From the IMG/VR virus record IMGVR_UViG_3300045412_000547: a stretch of DNA of 64,000 bases, one strand, 5' to 3'. Below the pieces are notes generated by a model. It saw nothing but the letters and a program-made list of their open reading frames with translations. It searched no databases and was not told the DNA's origin. This document shows positions 9,355-19,623 of this stretch, piece after piece. Source of the stretch: a virus. The first letter of the stretch is position 1. Each line of letters begins with the position of its first letter. Position numbers and translations under genes: made by a program.

Positions 9355-9786
9355 ATGAAAGGTGATTCCTGTCTGACAAAATTGTTAGAATCTAGTTCTC
9401 TTAAGAAAATTAGAATAAAAGTAGATCCTAAAGAAATTTCTAAAGCTACAGATTTTAGCAAGTGTAACGGATATGAAGGTTATATTTTAAGAGAAAAATT
9501 AGGTAAAACAAAGATTATAGTTTTATCCCCGGATTTTCCAGTATTTGATGATATCCCGGTTGAATTTTTAGAAACCATTTTAAACGATCAGAACGTAGAT
9601 ATTGTAGATGAATTTAAGTGCTTCGTACACGGTAAGCTGGAGATCAAGGACGGGGACCCTTTAATACAGTGTCTATCTAAAGCTGAAACAATTGAAGACA
9701 TAGAAGCCGGTCTCCGTCAAAAAGGATTGGAACCACAGGCTATTTGTGAGCTTTACAGAGATTTTATTTCTAATGAGCAAGTTTAA
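9355..9786 (+). CDS. Hypothetical late protein
   Basis: GATAAATA at 9341-9348, 6 nt before ATG; YEGYILRE motif. Confidence 0.6.
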   Translation: MKGDSCLTKLLESSSLKKIRIKVDPKEISKATDFSKCNGYEGYILREKLGKTKIIVLSPDFPVFDDIPVEFLETILNDQNVDIVDEFKCFVHGKLEIKDGDPLIQCLSKAETIEDIEAGLRQKGLEPQAICELYRDFISNEQV

Positions 9787-10645
9787 TAAACGAGTAAGCG
9801 AGCTTTTAAATGAAGCAGGCTATACTTCTGCAGCTCTTAAATCTGGAGCAAAATCTTTTGGTAAAAAAGCTTTAAAAGCTTTAAATCCACTTACTCTAGC
9901 TAGCAAAGGAATAGGTGCTTTAGGAACAGCGGTAAAAGGTGCACAAGCAGTTGCAACAGCACCGCAAAAATTTGGTCAAGCATTAAAAGGAGCAGTTGTA
10001 GATAATGATTATTCCCCTCTTTCAAATTCGTTGGGAAATATATCCCAAAAATTAGGAACAGCAGGAGAGAAGATCAATCAAGGTATATCTGGTGGAATTC
10101 AAGCAGTTAAAACACAAAGAGATCAAGATATACAAAAAAGAGAAAATAAAATTTATCAAGGTTTAATAGGTACAAATAATCCTCCACGCCCTGGAAACAA
10201 AATATCTTTTTATAACGTACCGGGTATGGTAGAAAACGGAATATCTGTAGGTTCTATAAAAGAAGTAAGACCTTACAAAAATGGATATGTATATACTGTA
10301 AGAGTTAATTCCGGTAAACCAGATGGCCCGGATACGGCTAATATTGTCTATTCAAAAGATAGCTCTTCCGTAGAAGTTTTTTATTCTAAGAAAAATGTTC
10401 CAATGCCTAACTTGACGATGAATACAGTATTGACACCTTCGGGTAAAGGATCGTGGTCAATCTCGCAGCCCGAATACTTAAAACCAGATAGGTCTTCATC
10501 TATTAACGCTACGGACGTCACTAGCGGTACCCTTGAAGTGGGGAAAGATATCGTTTATCGTCAACCAGATGGTAGTTTAGCAAAGGGAGTATACCTCGGC
10601 TATAGTGACATGACTGGTAAAAAGCTTCGAGTAATAAGAAAATAA
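9773..10645 (+). CDS. Hypothetical protein, possible internal/ejected protein
   Basis: MSKFNKRVSELLNE start, Gly/Ala/Lys amphipathic N-terminal half. Confidence 0.6.
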   Translation: MSKFNKRVSELLNEAGYTSAALKSGAKSFGKKALKALNPLTLASKGIGALGTAVKGAQAVATAPQKFGQALKGAVVDNDYSPLSNSLGNISQKLGTAGEKINQGISGGIQAVKTQRDQDIQKRENKIYQGLIGTNNPPRPGNKISFYNVPGMVENGISVGSIKEVRPYKNGYVYTVRVNSGKPDGPDTANIVYSKDSSSVEVFYSKKNVPMPNLTMNTVLTPSGKGSWSISQPEYLKPDRSSSINATDVTSGTLEVGKDIVYRQPDGSLAKGVYLGYSDMTGKKLRVIRK

Positions 10646-10753
10646 CTCCCAGAGTTGATTTTTAATCACTTTTTCTTATAATAATATAGGTATAGAAAAG
10701 ACTGCGTTTTTTTTTAAGAAGTTGATTGTTTTAGAAATTCTATAATTAATTTT

Positions 10754-11386
10754 ATGAAATATCAGAGTACAAAAATAATTGAACTTGGTAGTTGTGCATT
10801 CCGTCAATGGAGAGCTGAAAGTCATTGTAAATTTATACACGGATATCGGCTTACAGCAAAGTTTTGGTTTTTTTGTAATGAATTAGACGATAAAGGTTGG
10901 GTTGTAGATTTCGGTGCATTAGATAACTTGAAAAGCGAGCTACAAAAAATGTTTGATCATACAACTTGTATTGCTTTAGATGATCCATATCTTAAAGAAT
11001 TTGAAAATTTAGCTAAGCTTGGTATTGTTGATTTAAGAGTCTTTCCTTACGGCGTTGGTATTGAAAAGTTTACACGAGAAGCATTTAATATTGCAAACAA
11101 AAATGTTAAAGCAATGACAAATGATCGTTGTTGGGTAACGAGAGTAGAAATGTGGGAGCATGAAAAAAATTCAGCTATATATGAAGAAGCAACAGCCATT
11201 ACATCTATTTCAGTTGGCTCACCAGTACCTGCGATGGTATCTAACTCTGCAGCAGGAGATACATTACAGGAACAACCTCAAGTCAATAACCCGGTAGCTG
11301 ATAACCCCCGGGCAGCTCCTTTATATACAAAAAAGAGTTCTGGATATAGTAATTTATTTGGTGGTACTAGTTGGGGAAATAAATGA
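10754..11386 (+). CDS. queD: 6-carboxytetrahydropterin synthase
   Basis: HCKFIHGY, WVVDFG, FDHT, EHEKNSA; low-complexity C-terminal extension. Confidence 0.9.
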   Translation: MKYQSTKIIELGSCAFRQWRAESHCKFIHGYRLTAKFWFFCNELDDKGWVVDFGALDNLKSELQKMFDHTTCIALDDPYLKEFENLAKLGIVDLRVFPYGVGIEKFTREAFNIANKNVKAMTNDRCWVTRVEMWEHEKNSAIYEEATAITSISVGSPVPAMVSNSAAGDTLQEQPQVNNPVADNPRAAPLYTKKSSGYSNLFGGTSWGNK

Positions 11387-11583
11387 GTCAAGATAAAAAG
11401 CCGATCGATGCAGAGATTAAGCAGCAGCTTTACGGTGGGGAAATAACCGATCATTATCCTAAACTTCAAGATAAACTACCTTATAAAAACGATAATGAAG
11501 CATTAGAAGATATCTATTCAAAAATTCAACAAAAACAAAAAAACATTTTAAAAAATAAAAACGTTATGATAAAGAAAAAATAA
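11383..11583 (+). CDS. Hypothetical protein
   Basis: 66-aa ORF overlapping the queD stop. Confidence 0.45.
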   Translation: MSQDKKPIDAEIKQQLYGGEITDHYPKLQDKLPYKNDNEALEDIYSKIQQKQKNILKNKNVMIKKK

Positions 11584-11623
11584 TTGAGTATATTTCTGGG
11601 TAAACCCTAGCTGTCTCACCTAA

Positions 11624-12370
11624 CTATTTATTTTTTATAGTAGCTATAATTTTTACAATAAATTTTAATAGTTTACTTCTTGTTATATCGTCTTCTGTAA
11701 AATGAAATGAATGTATTCCTTGTGCACGACTTTCATCAAAATCGAATGCTTTCATTATTTTTTCGAATCCAGATTTACTAATATCAGACTGTAAAGAATC
11801 TCCTATTACGAATAACTTACAATTTTTCCCGTAGCGTGTCAAAATAGTAACAAGTTCGCTTTGTTCTAAATTTTGAGCTTCATCTACTATTACGACACTG
11901 TTCATAAAAGTTGAGCCTCTTAAAAAATTTACCGGAATACTTTTAACATAATCATTCTCAAACAAAACGTTTGTTAGTTGTTTACCTATTAATTCATCGC
12001 ATTTTTCTATTAATGGCAAACTCCAAGGTTTAAATTTTTCATCAACCTCTCCTGGTAGACTTCCTAATTTCCTTGTAGCAGATTCTACTATACTTCTTAT
12101 GTAAATTATTTCGTCTATCTTCTTTTCTTTTAACATTGTTAGCGCAACATATACCGCACAATAAGTTTTAGATGATCCTGCTGGCCCGTCACAAAAAATA
12201 ATATGTGATGAATCGTCAAAAGCCTTTTCAACAAAAGCTTTATGGCGGTCGTTAAAATGAAATTTTTGATCAATTCTAAAATTTAAAAAAATATCAGGTT
12301 TAATTATACTGTTTTCTTCGCGAACGTGTTTTTTGGCAGCTTTTTTAAGCTGTCTGTCCTTCTTTGACAT
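11624..12370 (-). CDS. phoH: PhoH-family ATPase
   Basis: GPAGSSKT, LGSLPG, FLRGSTF, VDEAQN, GDSLQSD. Confidence 0.93.
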   Translation of the reverse strand: MSKKDRQLKKAAKKHVREENSIIKPDIFLNFRIDQKFHFNDRHKAFVEKAFDDSSHIIFCDGPAGSSKTYCAVYVALTMLKEKKIDEIIYIRSIVESATRKLGSLPGEVDEKFKPWSLPLIEKCDELIGKQLTNVLFENDYVKSIPVNFLRGSTFMNSVVIVDEAQNLEQSELVTILTRYGKNCKLFVIGDSLQSDISKSGFEKIMKAFDFDESRAQGIHSFHFTEDDITRSKLLKFIVKIIATIKNK

Positions 12371-12431
12371 CTGTTAATATTTAATGTTTTTTTGTAGTTT
12401 ATTTTTTGCTTCTTGCATATAAATTTTATAG

Positions 12432-13175
12432 ATGAATGAAAATTCTTACATTTTTTTAAGTGATGATAGAATTTTTTATACTATTGAAGGGGAGGGTGAG
12501 TATGTAGGGAGACCTTCTGTTTTTATGCGATTATCTATGTGTAATCTTACATGTAGAGGGTTTGCATCATCAGATTCACCTCATGGTTGCGATAGCTTTA
12601 TTAGCTGGTCTGTAAAAAATCGTATGACTTTTGATGAAATTTTTGATTACATGTCACAAAATAGTTATAACTGTAATTTAAAAGACGGTGCTATATGGAA
12701 GATAACTGGGGGTGAACCTCTTATTCAACAAAAAAATCTATTAGGATTAGTACAAGCCTTTAAAGATCGATATGGCTTTACACCTCATATCGACTTTGAA
12801 ACAAATGCTACTATTATGCCCGATTCAGAATGGAAAGATAAATGGGGTGCAACGTTTACAACATCTCCAAAGCTTTCTAACAACGGTGATCCTGTAGAGA
12901 AACGCTATAAGCCTGAAGTATTAAAATGGCATGCTAAAAATAATTCTGGTTTTAAATTTGTAGTTAGCGGTGAAGATGAAGTAAAAGAAATATTAGAAAA
13001 ATACGTATATGAGTGTATTGTACCGGTAAATCGAATATGGCTTATGCCTTGTTGTGGAAGCCGCGAAGAACATACACAACAAAGTTCGATTGTTGCAGAT
13101 TTATGTAAGAAATATAATTTTAAGTTTAGTCCGAGGTTGCAGTTAGTTATTTGGAATAAAGCACTTAAGGTTTAA
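12432..13175 (+). CDS. queE: 7-carboxy-7-deazaguanine synthase (radical SAM)
   Basis: FYTIEGEG, FMRLSMCNLTC...CDS, ITGGEP, ETN, SPKLSN, SPRLQ. Confidence 0.92.
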   Translation: MNENSYIFLSDDRIFYTIEGEGEYVGRPSVFMRLSMCNLTCRGFASSDSPHGCDSFISWSVKNRMTFDEIFDYMSQNSYNCNLKDGAIWKITGGEPLIQQKNLLGLVQAFKDRYGFTPHIDFETNATIMPDSEWKDKWGATFTTSPKLSNNGDPVEKRYKPEVLKWHAKNNSGFKFVVSGEDEVKEILEKYVYECIVPVNRIWLMPCCGSREEHTQQSSIVADLCKKYNFKFSPRLQLVIWNKALKV

Positions 13176-13860
13176 TAAATCTACCAAACCACGTTCCCCA
13201 CATAAATACTCCAAACGGTTCTAATTTTTTTTCCTGCACTAGCTTATCAACAGATTGTCTGACTAATTTACTTTTTTCATCCGAACTAACATAGTCATCT
13301 ATTACAACTATACACTTATTTACCATTAGTTCTGAAAATTGATTAATATCTCTCTCAATGTGACCGTCAGAATCAATTAAAATTAAATCTATTTCCTGTA
13401 ATAATGAGTTAATTTTTTTAACACTATTTTCATCATATGATTTACTTAGTACTAAAGATATTTTTTTATCCACACCCCATTCAACAATATTATTAATAAA
13501 GTCATCTATAATACTGTTAGAAGGTAAAAAGGGGTGGTTTAATTCGCTGCCACCAGACTCAACAGCAACTACTGGTACACAAGCTTCAAGAGACATTGCT
13601 ATAGTTCCACCGCCCACATAAGCTCCTAAATCTAATATACCCTTTTTAGATAGTTTACCAAAAAGTTTAAGTAGAAATAAAGTATCATTATGAAGCATAG
13701 AAATAGCTTTTAACTGTTTAATTATTTTTAATTTTTCTAAATTATTAGAAACACTAAAAACATATTCATATAAATTATCAATTATTATGTCAGGGTAACT
13801 TTTTTCTATTTTTTTTTCTAGTGAAATTACATCTAATGACTCGAAATTATTCACATACAT
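13165..13860 (-). CDS. Class I SAM-dependent methyltransferase (Methyltransf_24-like)
   Basis: ILDLGAYVGGGT, IDLILIDSD, IVVIDDY. Confidence 0.75.
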   Translation of the reverse strand: MYVNNFESLDVISLEKKIEKSYPDIIIDNLYEYVFSVSNNLEKLKIIKQLKAISMLHNDTLFLLKLFGKLSKKGILDLGAYVGGGTIAMSLEACVPVVAVESGGSELNHPFLPSNSIIDDFINNIVEWGVDKKISLVLSKSYDENSVKKINSLLQEIDLILIDSDGHIERDINQFSELMVNKCIVVIDDYVSSDEKSKLVRQSVDKLVQEKKLEPFGVFMWGTWFGRFIKP

Positions 13861-13900
13861 ATTTACTAGAAATCTTAATCTTATCAAATAAAATATAGAA

Positions 13901-14656
13901 ATGCGAATTGCAATTTGTGGATCTGCTTGCCAGGGTAAATCGACTTTAATAAATGATATTATTAATAATTGGCCAATGTATAAAAAATCAGACGAATCTT
14001 ATAGGCAAGTTATAAAAGAGGAAAAGCTTAAAATAAACAAAGGAGTAAATCAGGAAGGTCAATGGAAAATTTTAAATTGTCTTATAAATGATGTTCAAAA
14101 AACTAGTAAAGGTGAAAAAATACTTTTTGATCGCTGTCCGTTAGATAATTTAGTTTATTCTCTTTGGAGTAATGGAAAAGGTAGTTCTGATATAGATGAT
14201 GAATTTATAAAAAAATGTATCCCTCTAGTTAAAGAAAGCATGAAATTCATAGATATAATTTTCTTTATTCCAATTACTAAGGCAGCACCTGTAAAGCTTG
14301 AGAAAAAAGCTACTCGAGAAATTGATCGGCTTTTTATTGAAGAAATAGATAACATCTTTAAAGCAATTTCATATCAGGCTAATCAAAATAAATCTCCTTT
14401 TTTTGATCCAGCAGATAGGCCTCCAATTATTGAAATATTTGGTAAACCAGAAGAGCGTATTCAAATGATTAAGTTTTATCTCGGTCAAGATGGTGATTTA
14501 ATTGATTCTGATGAAAGTGTATTAAGTTTTGAAAATCTTAGTGAAATGCAGTCTTTACTTGAAACTCAACAGAATATTAGTAATGAAGAAAAACAAGAAA
14601 AGAAAATTAAGGAGCAGATCATGGTAAACAATAAATATTTACGTGACAAAATTTAA
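13901..14656 (+). CDS. P-loop nucleotide kinase-like protein (AAA_28 family)
   Basis: MRIAICGSACQGKSTL, FDRCPLDNLVYS. Confidence 0.75.
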   Translation: MRIAICGSACQGKSTLINDIINNWPMYKKSDESYRQVIKEEKLKINKGVNQEGQWKILNCLINDVQKTSKGEKILFDRCPLDNLVYSLWSNGKGSSDIDDEFIKKCIPLVKESMKFIDIIFFIPITKAAPVKLEKKATREIDRLFIEEIDNIFKAISYQANQNKSPFFDPADRPPIIEIFGKPEERIQMIKFYLGQDGDLIDSDESVLSFENLSEMQSLLETQQNISNEEKQEKKIKEQIMVNNKYLRDKI

Positions 14657-14861
14657 TGACAAGTTTGAACAATTATTGGAAAGCTACCCTACTTCCGTAA
14701 GAATAGTGAAAAGGGAGTTTTATCCTAAAAATTTTAAGCTTTCAGAAAACTTTATTAAAGCTTTTAGAGACGAATACAAAAGACTTGTAGATGAAGGGCA
14801 CGATAAAAGAAATGCTTTAAGAAAAATTAATAAAGCATTATTTTTTCACACCAGAGCTTAA
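14643..14861 (+). CDS. Hypothetical late protein
   Basis: AATAAATA at 14630-14637; MTKFNDKFEQLLE start. Confidence 0.55.
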   Translation: MTKFNDKFEQLLESYPTSVRIVKREFYPKNFKLSENFIKAFRDEYKRLVDEGHDKRNALRKINKALFFHTRA

Positions 14862-15571
14862 AAGAATTTTGTAACTTTGTATTTAAATCCAAGATTAAAA
14901 TTCAATCTATGAGCCTGGGTGTGATATACATCGAATGAAAAGCAGTTGTTTGCCGCGGGTAAAATATTAGTAACGTATAGTGTACCAGAAAGTAGGGGCA
15001 TTACTGAAGTATAAGCAGGATTTAAAACTAAATTAATATCAGCTTCAAGAACATCTGTATAAGCTAAATTTGCAGGTAAAGGATTAGAAACTGTTACTGT
15101 TTGATATTGATTGTTAGATTGTATTATACCAGTTCCATAAGCAACATAAACGCTAGTAAAAATATTATCTAAATAAGAAGTAACGGCCGGAACAAAATTA
15201 GTTTTTATATCATTGTATTCAGGTGAACCAACAATATAATCTGCACTCATACAAATACCACCTGTGTATATAAACTTATTATAATAGCTGTTTACCAAAG
15301 ATGCACCTGTTCGTCCATTTGAACAAAAATTATTTGCTGAAATATTAGCTGCTAAAGTAATTGAGTTTGCAAAAATATCTTGCGCACAAGTAGTGCCCAT
15401 TATAGTGGCATTTTTACCTGTATCTGTCTTTACAACATTTAAATTCTCAAACGTTATTGTGTTGGTACCTTGTTCTGTCTGTACTATAAGTAAGTCCCCC
15501 TCCACCAATTCGGGAACTGCAGGGAGTTGAGAAATATTAACAAAATTACTATTTGACGCGTTGATTGCCAT
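14858..15571 (-). CDS. Putative virion structural / fibre-associated protein
   Basis: ISQLP...GDLLIV...TNTITF fibre-anchor-like N-terminus; minus-strand TATAAATA at 15578-15585. Confidence 0.55.
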   Translation of the reverse strand: MAINASNSNFVNISQLPAVPELVEGDLLIVQTEQGTNTITFENLNVVKTDTGKNATIMGTTCAQDIFANSITLAANISANNFCSNGRTGASLVNSYYNKFIYTGGICMSADYIVGSPEYNDIKTNFVPAVTSYLDNIFTSVYVAYGTGIIQSNNQYQTVTVSNPLPANLAYTDVLEADINLVLNPAYTSVMPLLSGTLYVTNILPAANNCFSFDVYHTQAHRLNFNLGFKYKVTKFF

Positions 15572-15605
15572 CTATAGTATTTATATTAAAATATTAAAAG
15601 CCCAT

Positions 15606-16424
15606 ATGAATAAAATCGGTGTAGGTATAGTTACATGTAATCGGCCTACATTCTTTCTTAAAAGTTTAATGAGTATACCCGATTCAATTACAGATATTGT
15701 CGTGGTTAATGATGGTGATGACTTCGCTGATATTGACAAATTATATAAAAAGAAAAGTTTTATGTATCTTCATAACAGTACAAATTTAGGTGTAGGTAAA
15801 TCAAAAAATAAGTTAATGCGTTATTTATTGAGTAATAATTGTGATCATATTTTTATTATAGAAGACGATATTGTTGTTAAAGATCCTGAAGTGTTTAATG
15901 CATATACTAAAGCTAGAAATAAGACTGGTATTCAACATTTTAATTTCGGCTATCACGGTCCTGCTAATAAAGCAGGTATTTCTGGAGGCAAGCCAGTTCC
16001 AAGATTTATAGTAGATTATGGGGATATCAAAATCGCAATTAACATGCATAGTGTAGGTGCTTTTTGTTATTATACAAAAGAAGTGTTAAATAAAGTTGGT
16101 TTAATTGATGAAGATTATACTAATGCTTTTGAGCATGTAGATCATGATTACAGAATTGCAAAAGCTGGCTTTGGTACACCTTATTGGAATTTTGCTGATA
16201 TAGCAAATAGCTGTGATTATCTAGAAGAAATAGAGTGCTCAGAACACAGTAGTGCTATACGCCCTAGAAAAGATTGGCAGAAAAATATTCAAGAAGGTGC
16301 ATTAATATTTCAAAAGAAACATGGATATTTACCCTCATGGCAGAACGCTGTACCCGATACACCACAAGATACGGTCAAAGAAATTTTAAAAGTCATTTAT
16401 AAGAAACATGCAATCCGAACTTGA
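15606..16424 (+). CDS. Glycosyltransferase, GT2 family
   Basis: GIVTCNR, VVVNDG, NLGVGKSKN, FIIEDD, VGLIDE. Confidence 0.88.
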   Translation: MNKIGVGIVTCNRPTFFLKSLMSIPDSITDIVVVNDGDDFADIDKLYKKKSFMYLHNSTNLGVGKSKNKLMRYLLSNNCDHIFIIEDDIVVKDPEVFNAYTKARNKTGIQHFNFGYHGPANKAGISGGKPVPRFIVDYGDIKIAINMHSVGAFCYYTKEVLNKVGLIDEDYTNAFEHVDHDYRIAKAGFGTPYWNFADIANSCDYLEEIECSEHSSAIRPRKDWQKNIQEGALIFQKKHGYLPSWQNAVPDTPQDTVKEILKVIYKKHAIRT

Positions 16425-17157
16425 TATTTTAATTCCTGTTTCAATTGATCACGAGGATAGACTGAGAAACTTGTCTATAGTTTTAAACTATTTAACCAAA
16501 GCTAGGTTTAAAAATGTATATGTTCGAGAATATTATAAAGAAGAACCTAAGGCTAAAAATTTACTACAACAATATACTCAATATAAATACACTTCTTTTA
16601 AAAATGAAAAGGATTATTTTAATAAGATGAAATGTATTAATGAATTGTTTGATTTTACTAGCAATCAAATTGCTTGTTGGTATGACGTCGACGTATTAGT
16701 AAATAAAAAAAGTCTTATTGATTCAATAATATTGATTAAGGAAGGTAAATATGATATTGTTTACCCTTATGATGGTAAATTTTATGATATATCTGCAGAA
16801 ACCGTTAAAAAACTAGTAACTGATTTAAATACACCTATAGAACTTAAGGAATGTATTTTATTCAATAAAAGTTCTTGGGGAGGATGTGCCGTATTTTCTA
16901 GCAATGCTTTCTTAAGAGGCGGTAAATGTAATCCTAATTTTAAAAATGTTGGTTATGACGATGATGAATTTTTAATGCGGTTCAGACGTCTTGGATTTAA
17001 CATTGGTAGAACTGATGGTGTATTATTACACCTAAATCACTTTAGAGGTAACACATCGTTTAATTATAATGACTATACGCAAGATAATATTAATGAAGTT
17101 ACAAAAGTTACACATATACCTCTTGAAGAATTAAAACAGTATATTAAGAAATGGTAA
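16408..17157 (+). CDS. Glycosyltransferase, GT7/GT2-like
   Basis: DRLRNL, FNKMKCIN, YDVDV, GG...NPNFKNVGYDDDEF. Confidence 0.8.
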   Translation: MQSELDILIPVSIDHEDRLRNLSIVLNYLTKARFKNVYVREYYKEEPKAKNLLQQYTQYKYTSFKNEKDYFNKMKCINELFDFTSNQIACWYDVDVLVNKKSLIDSIILIKEGKYDIVYPYDGKFYDISAETVKKLVTDLNTPIELKECILFNKSSWGGCAVFSSNAFLRGGKCNPNFKNVGYDDDEFLMRFRRLGFNIGRTDGVLLHLNHFRGNTSFNYNDYTQDNINEVTKVTHIPLEELKQYIKKW

Positions 17158-18002
17158 TGATTACAGCTCGATTAAAAGGCGGATTAGGTAATCAAATGTT
17201 TCAAATAGGAACAGTATTAGCGCTTGCTAAAAAATTTAAAGATAATTATGGTATTGATTATAACATAAAACATTATTCCGGTCAGGGTTTTCCACATCTT
17301 AAATATAAAGACAATATTTTTAAAAACATTCCTATTATAGATTTCAAAGTAACCGATTTTAAAGTATATAATGAGCCAAAGTTTAATTATGTAGAAATAC
17401 CGAAAACAAAGGAAAACCTTATAATTGATGGATACTTTCAAACACAAAAATATTTTTTAGATTTTAAAGAAGATGTAAAAAATATGTTTTATTTTGACCC
17501 GTCTTTAAAAGAGGCTGTAGATAGAAAAGTAAGATCTATAAAAAATGTAGCTGAAAAAAATAAAGTTACAGTTATGCACGTGCGTAGAGGAGAATATACT
17601 CTTCTTCCTAAAATACACCCCGTACAGCCTTTAGAGTTTTTTAATAAAGCTTATGAAATTTGTAATGACGGAGATACTTGTTTCATCATCATAACCGACA
17701 CACCGGATTGGTGTAGGTATAATTTTAAACAAAAAAATGTCTTTTTCTTTCAATCAGGATTTAACTTTTTTCATGACCATAAAGGCGGGGGTCTAAGCGA
17801 GTTATATGATCTGTATATAGCATCTTCTGCAGATAAAAATATTATTTCTAATAGTTCGTTTGGCTGGTGGGGTGCATATCTTGGCAAACCAAAAGAAAAC
17901 GTTATTTGCCCTCGTCATTGGTTTGGAGAGAGTGTATGGTTTAAACCTACCAATTGGAAGGATTGGGAAGATATATTTGTTGATGGTTGGGAGATATTAT
18001 GA
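17151..18002 (+). CDS. Alpha-1,2-fucosyltransferase, GT11 family
   Basis: GGLGNQMFQ, GYFQ, HVRRGEY, NSSFGWWGAYL. Confidence 0.92.
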   Translation: MVMITARLKGGLGNQMFQIGTVLALAKKFKDNYGIDYNIKHYSGQGFPHLKYKDNIFKNIPIIDFKVTDFKVYNEPKFNYVEIPKTKENLIIDGYFQTQKYFLDFKEDVKNMFYFDPSLKEAVDRKVRSIKNVAEKNKVTVMHVRRGEYTLLPKIHPVQPLEFFNKAYEICNDGDTCFIIITDTPDWCRYNFKQKNVFFFQSGFNFFHDHKGGGLSELYDLYIASSADKNIISNSSFGWWGAYLGKPKENVICPRHWFGESVWFKPTNWKDWEDIFVDGWEIL

Positions 18003-18838
18003 AAAATATTTTAATTTTAGGATCTGAAGGACAAATTGGTAAGCCGCTAGAGGAATATCTAAACACAAAAGGATATAGAGTTGTTGGGCTCGATATAACA
18101 AAATCTGCTTATCATGATTTGAGAGAGTATGATAATTCTATTATTAGTGGTTATATAAAAAATACTGACTTTGTTTATTTTTTAGCGTTTGATGTAGGGG
18201 GGTCAAGATACTTAAAAGAATATCAATATACGTATGATTTTATTGATAATAATACGCGTATAATTGCAAACACATTTCATTTTTTGAGATTATATAATAA
18301 ACCATTTATTTTTGCTTCTAGTCAAATGTCTAATATGAGTTACTCTCCTTACGGCGTTACTAAAGCTTTAGGAGAATATTACGCAAAGAATTTAAACGGG
18401 AGAATCGTTAAATTTTGGAATGTTTACGGCATAGAAAATGATATGGCCAAAGCGCATGTAATAACGGATTTTATTTTAAAAGCAAAGCACAATAATATTA
18501 TCGATATGATGACAGATGGCCAAGAAGAGAGACAGCTTTTATACAGCGAGGATTGTTGTAAGTGCTTAGAAATTGTTGCTAATAACTTTGATAAAATTTC
18601 AAAAGACAAAGAATTACATATAACTAATTTTGAGTGGTTTAAAATTATTGATGTTGCTTACAAAATAGCGAATCTGTTTCCTGGCACAACAGTTATACCT
18701 TCGACTAATAAAGACACGGTACAGTTAAATAAAAAAAATGAACCTGATCCTTACATTTTAAATTTTTGGAAGCCAGAAGTAACTATTAATGAAGGTTTAG
18801 CCAAAATTTCCTCCTTTTATAAGAATAGTAATTTTTAA
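17999..18838 (+). CDS. NAD-dependent sugar epimerase/dehydratase (extended SDR)
   Basis: ILGSEGQIG, YGVTK (YxxxK), NVYG, DGQEERQLLY. Confidence 0.85.
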   Translation: MKNILILGSEGQIGKPLEEYLNTKGYRVVGLDITKSAYHDLREYDNSIISGYIKNTDFVYFLAFDVGGSRYLKEYQYTYDFIDNNTRIIANTFHFLRLYNKPFIFASSQMSNMSYSPYGVTKALGEYYAKNLNGRIVKFWNVYGIENDMAKAHVITDFILKAKHNNIIDMMTDGQEERQLLYSEDCCKCLEIVANNFDKISKDKELHITNFEWFKIIDVAYKIANLFPGTTVIPSTNKDTVQLNKKNEPDPYILNFWKPEVTINEGLAKISSFYKNSNF

Positions 18839-18876
18839 GCTATTGAAGTTTATATTTTTTTAGTAATATATATAAC

Positions 18877-19623
18877 ATGGATAATCTAATTCTTGGTCAG
18901 CAGTGGGGCGGGTTAGGAGATAACCTTCAATTTTCGACATTGCCTGAGCTTTATAGTAAGGTAAACAAAGAAGTATATATATCCTCAAGCAACGTAGTAA
19001 GAAATACCGAAATAAAAGAAATAGTATGGGATAAAAACCCTTTTATAAAAGGAACTTTAAATTTATCTCAGAATATTGGCGGTCATTTATTTTACTCTAT
19101 TCCTAAAAGTGCATGGGAAAAAAAATGTAACATAATAAAAAAATGGGAGCTTGTTCACGGCTTTAATTCTGATGATGATTTTCCTTTACCTAAAATTTAT
19201 TACAAACCTAATTTATTAGAAGCTTATTCTAATAAAATTGTAGCGGATTTTACTGCTACCACTTTAAATGAGCATTATAGTAGTGATTTATCTGTAATTA
19301 AAAATTATACTTTAAAAAACTATAATAAAAACGATTTCTTTATTTTACGACCATCTTCTAAAAATATTCAAAAACAATCATTAGCTAAATCTAATTTTGA
19401 ACATCAAGTTGTTGAGTATAGTAATATTTTTGAATATGCAGATATTATTTTTTCTGCTAAAAGATTTGTATGTTTCTACAGTGGTGGTATGGTTTTAGGA
19501 TCTGCCCTAAGAAAAAGTGATATAGACTGTATATTTCCGCCTCACCCGGATTATTACATAGAACATGAAATGCCTTATTATTATTTTCCAAATGTAAAAT
19601 ATATAGAAACACTTAAAAAATGA
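18877..19623 (+). CDS. Putative GT-B glycosyltransferase
   Basis: GGLGDNLQFSTLP N-terminal motif; located within the glycan cluster. Confidence 0.5.
   Translation: MDNLILGQQWGGLGDNLQFSTLPELYSKVNKEVYISSSNVVRNTEIKEIVWDKNPFIKGTLNLSQNIGGHLFYSIPKSAWEKKCNIIKKWELVHGFNSDDDFPLPKIYYKPNLLEAYSNKIVADFTATTLNEHYSSDLSVIKNYTLKNYNKNDFFILRPSSKNIQKQSLAKSNFEHQVVEYSNIFEYADIIFSAKRFVCFYSGGMVLGSALRKSDIDCIFPPHPDYYIEHEMPYYYFPNVKYIETLKK

Noticed and set aside
9306-9461. Hydrophobic N-terminal extension of FolE in the ORF track
   Set aside because: Overlaps the divergent gene and promoters; true start is most likely MSRKK at 9305
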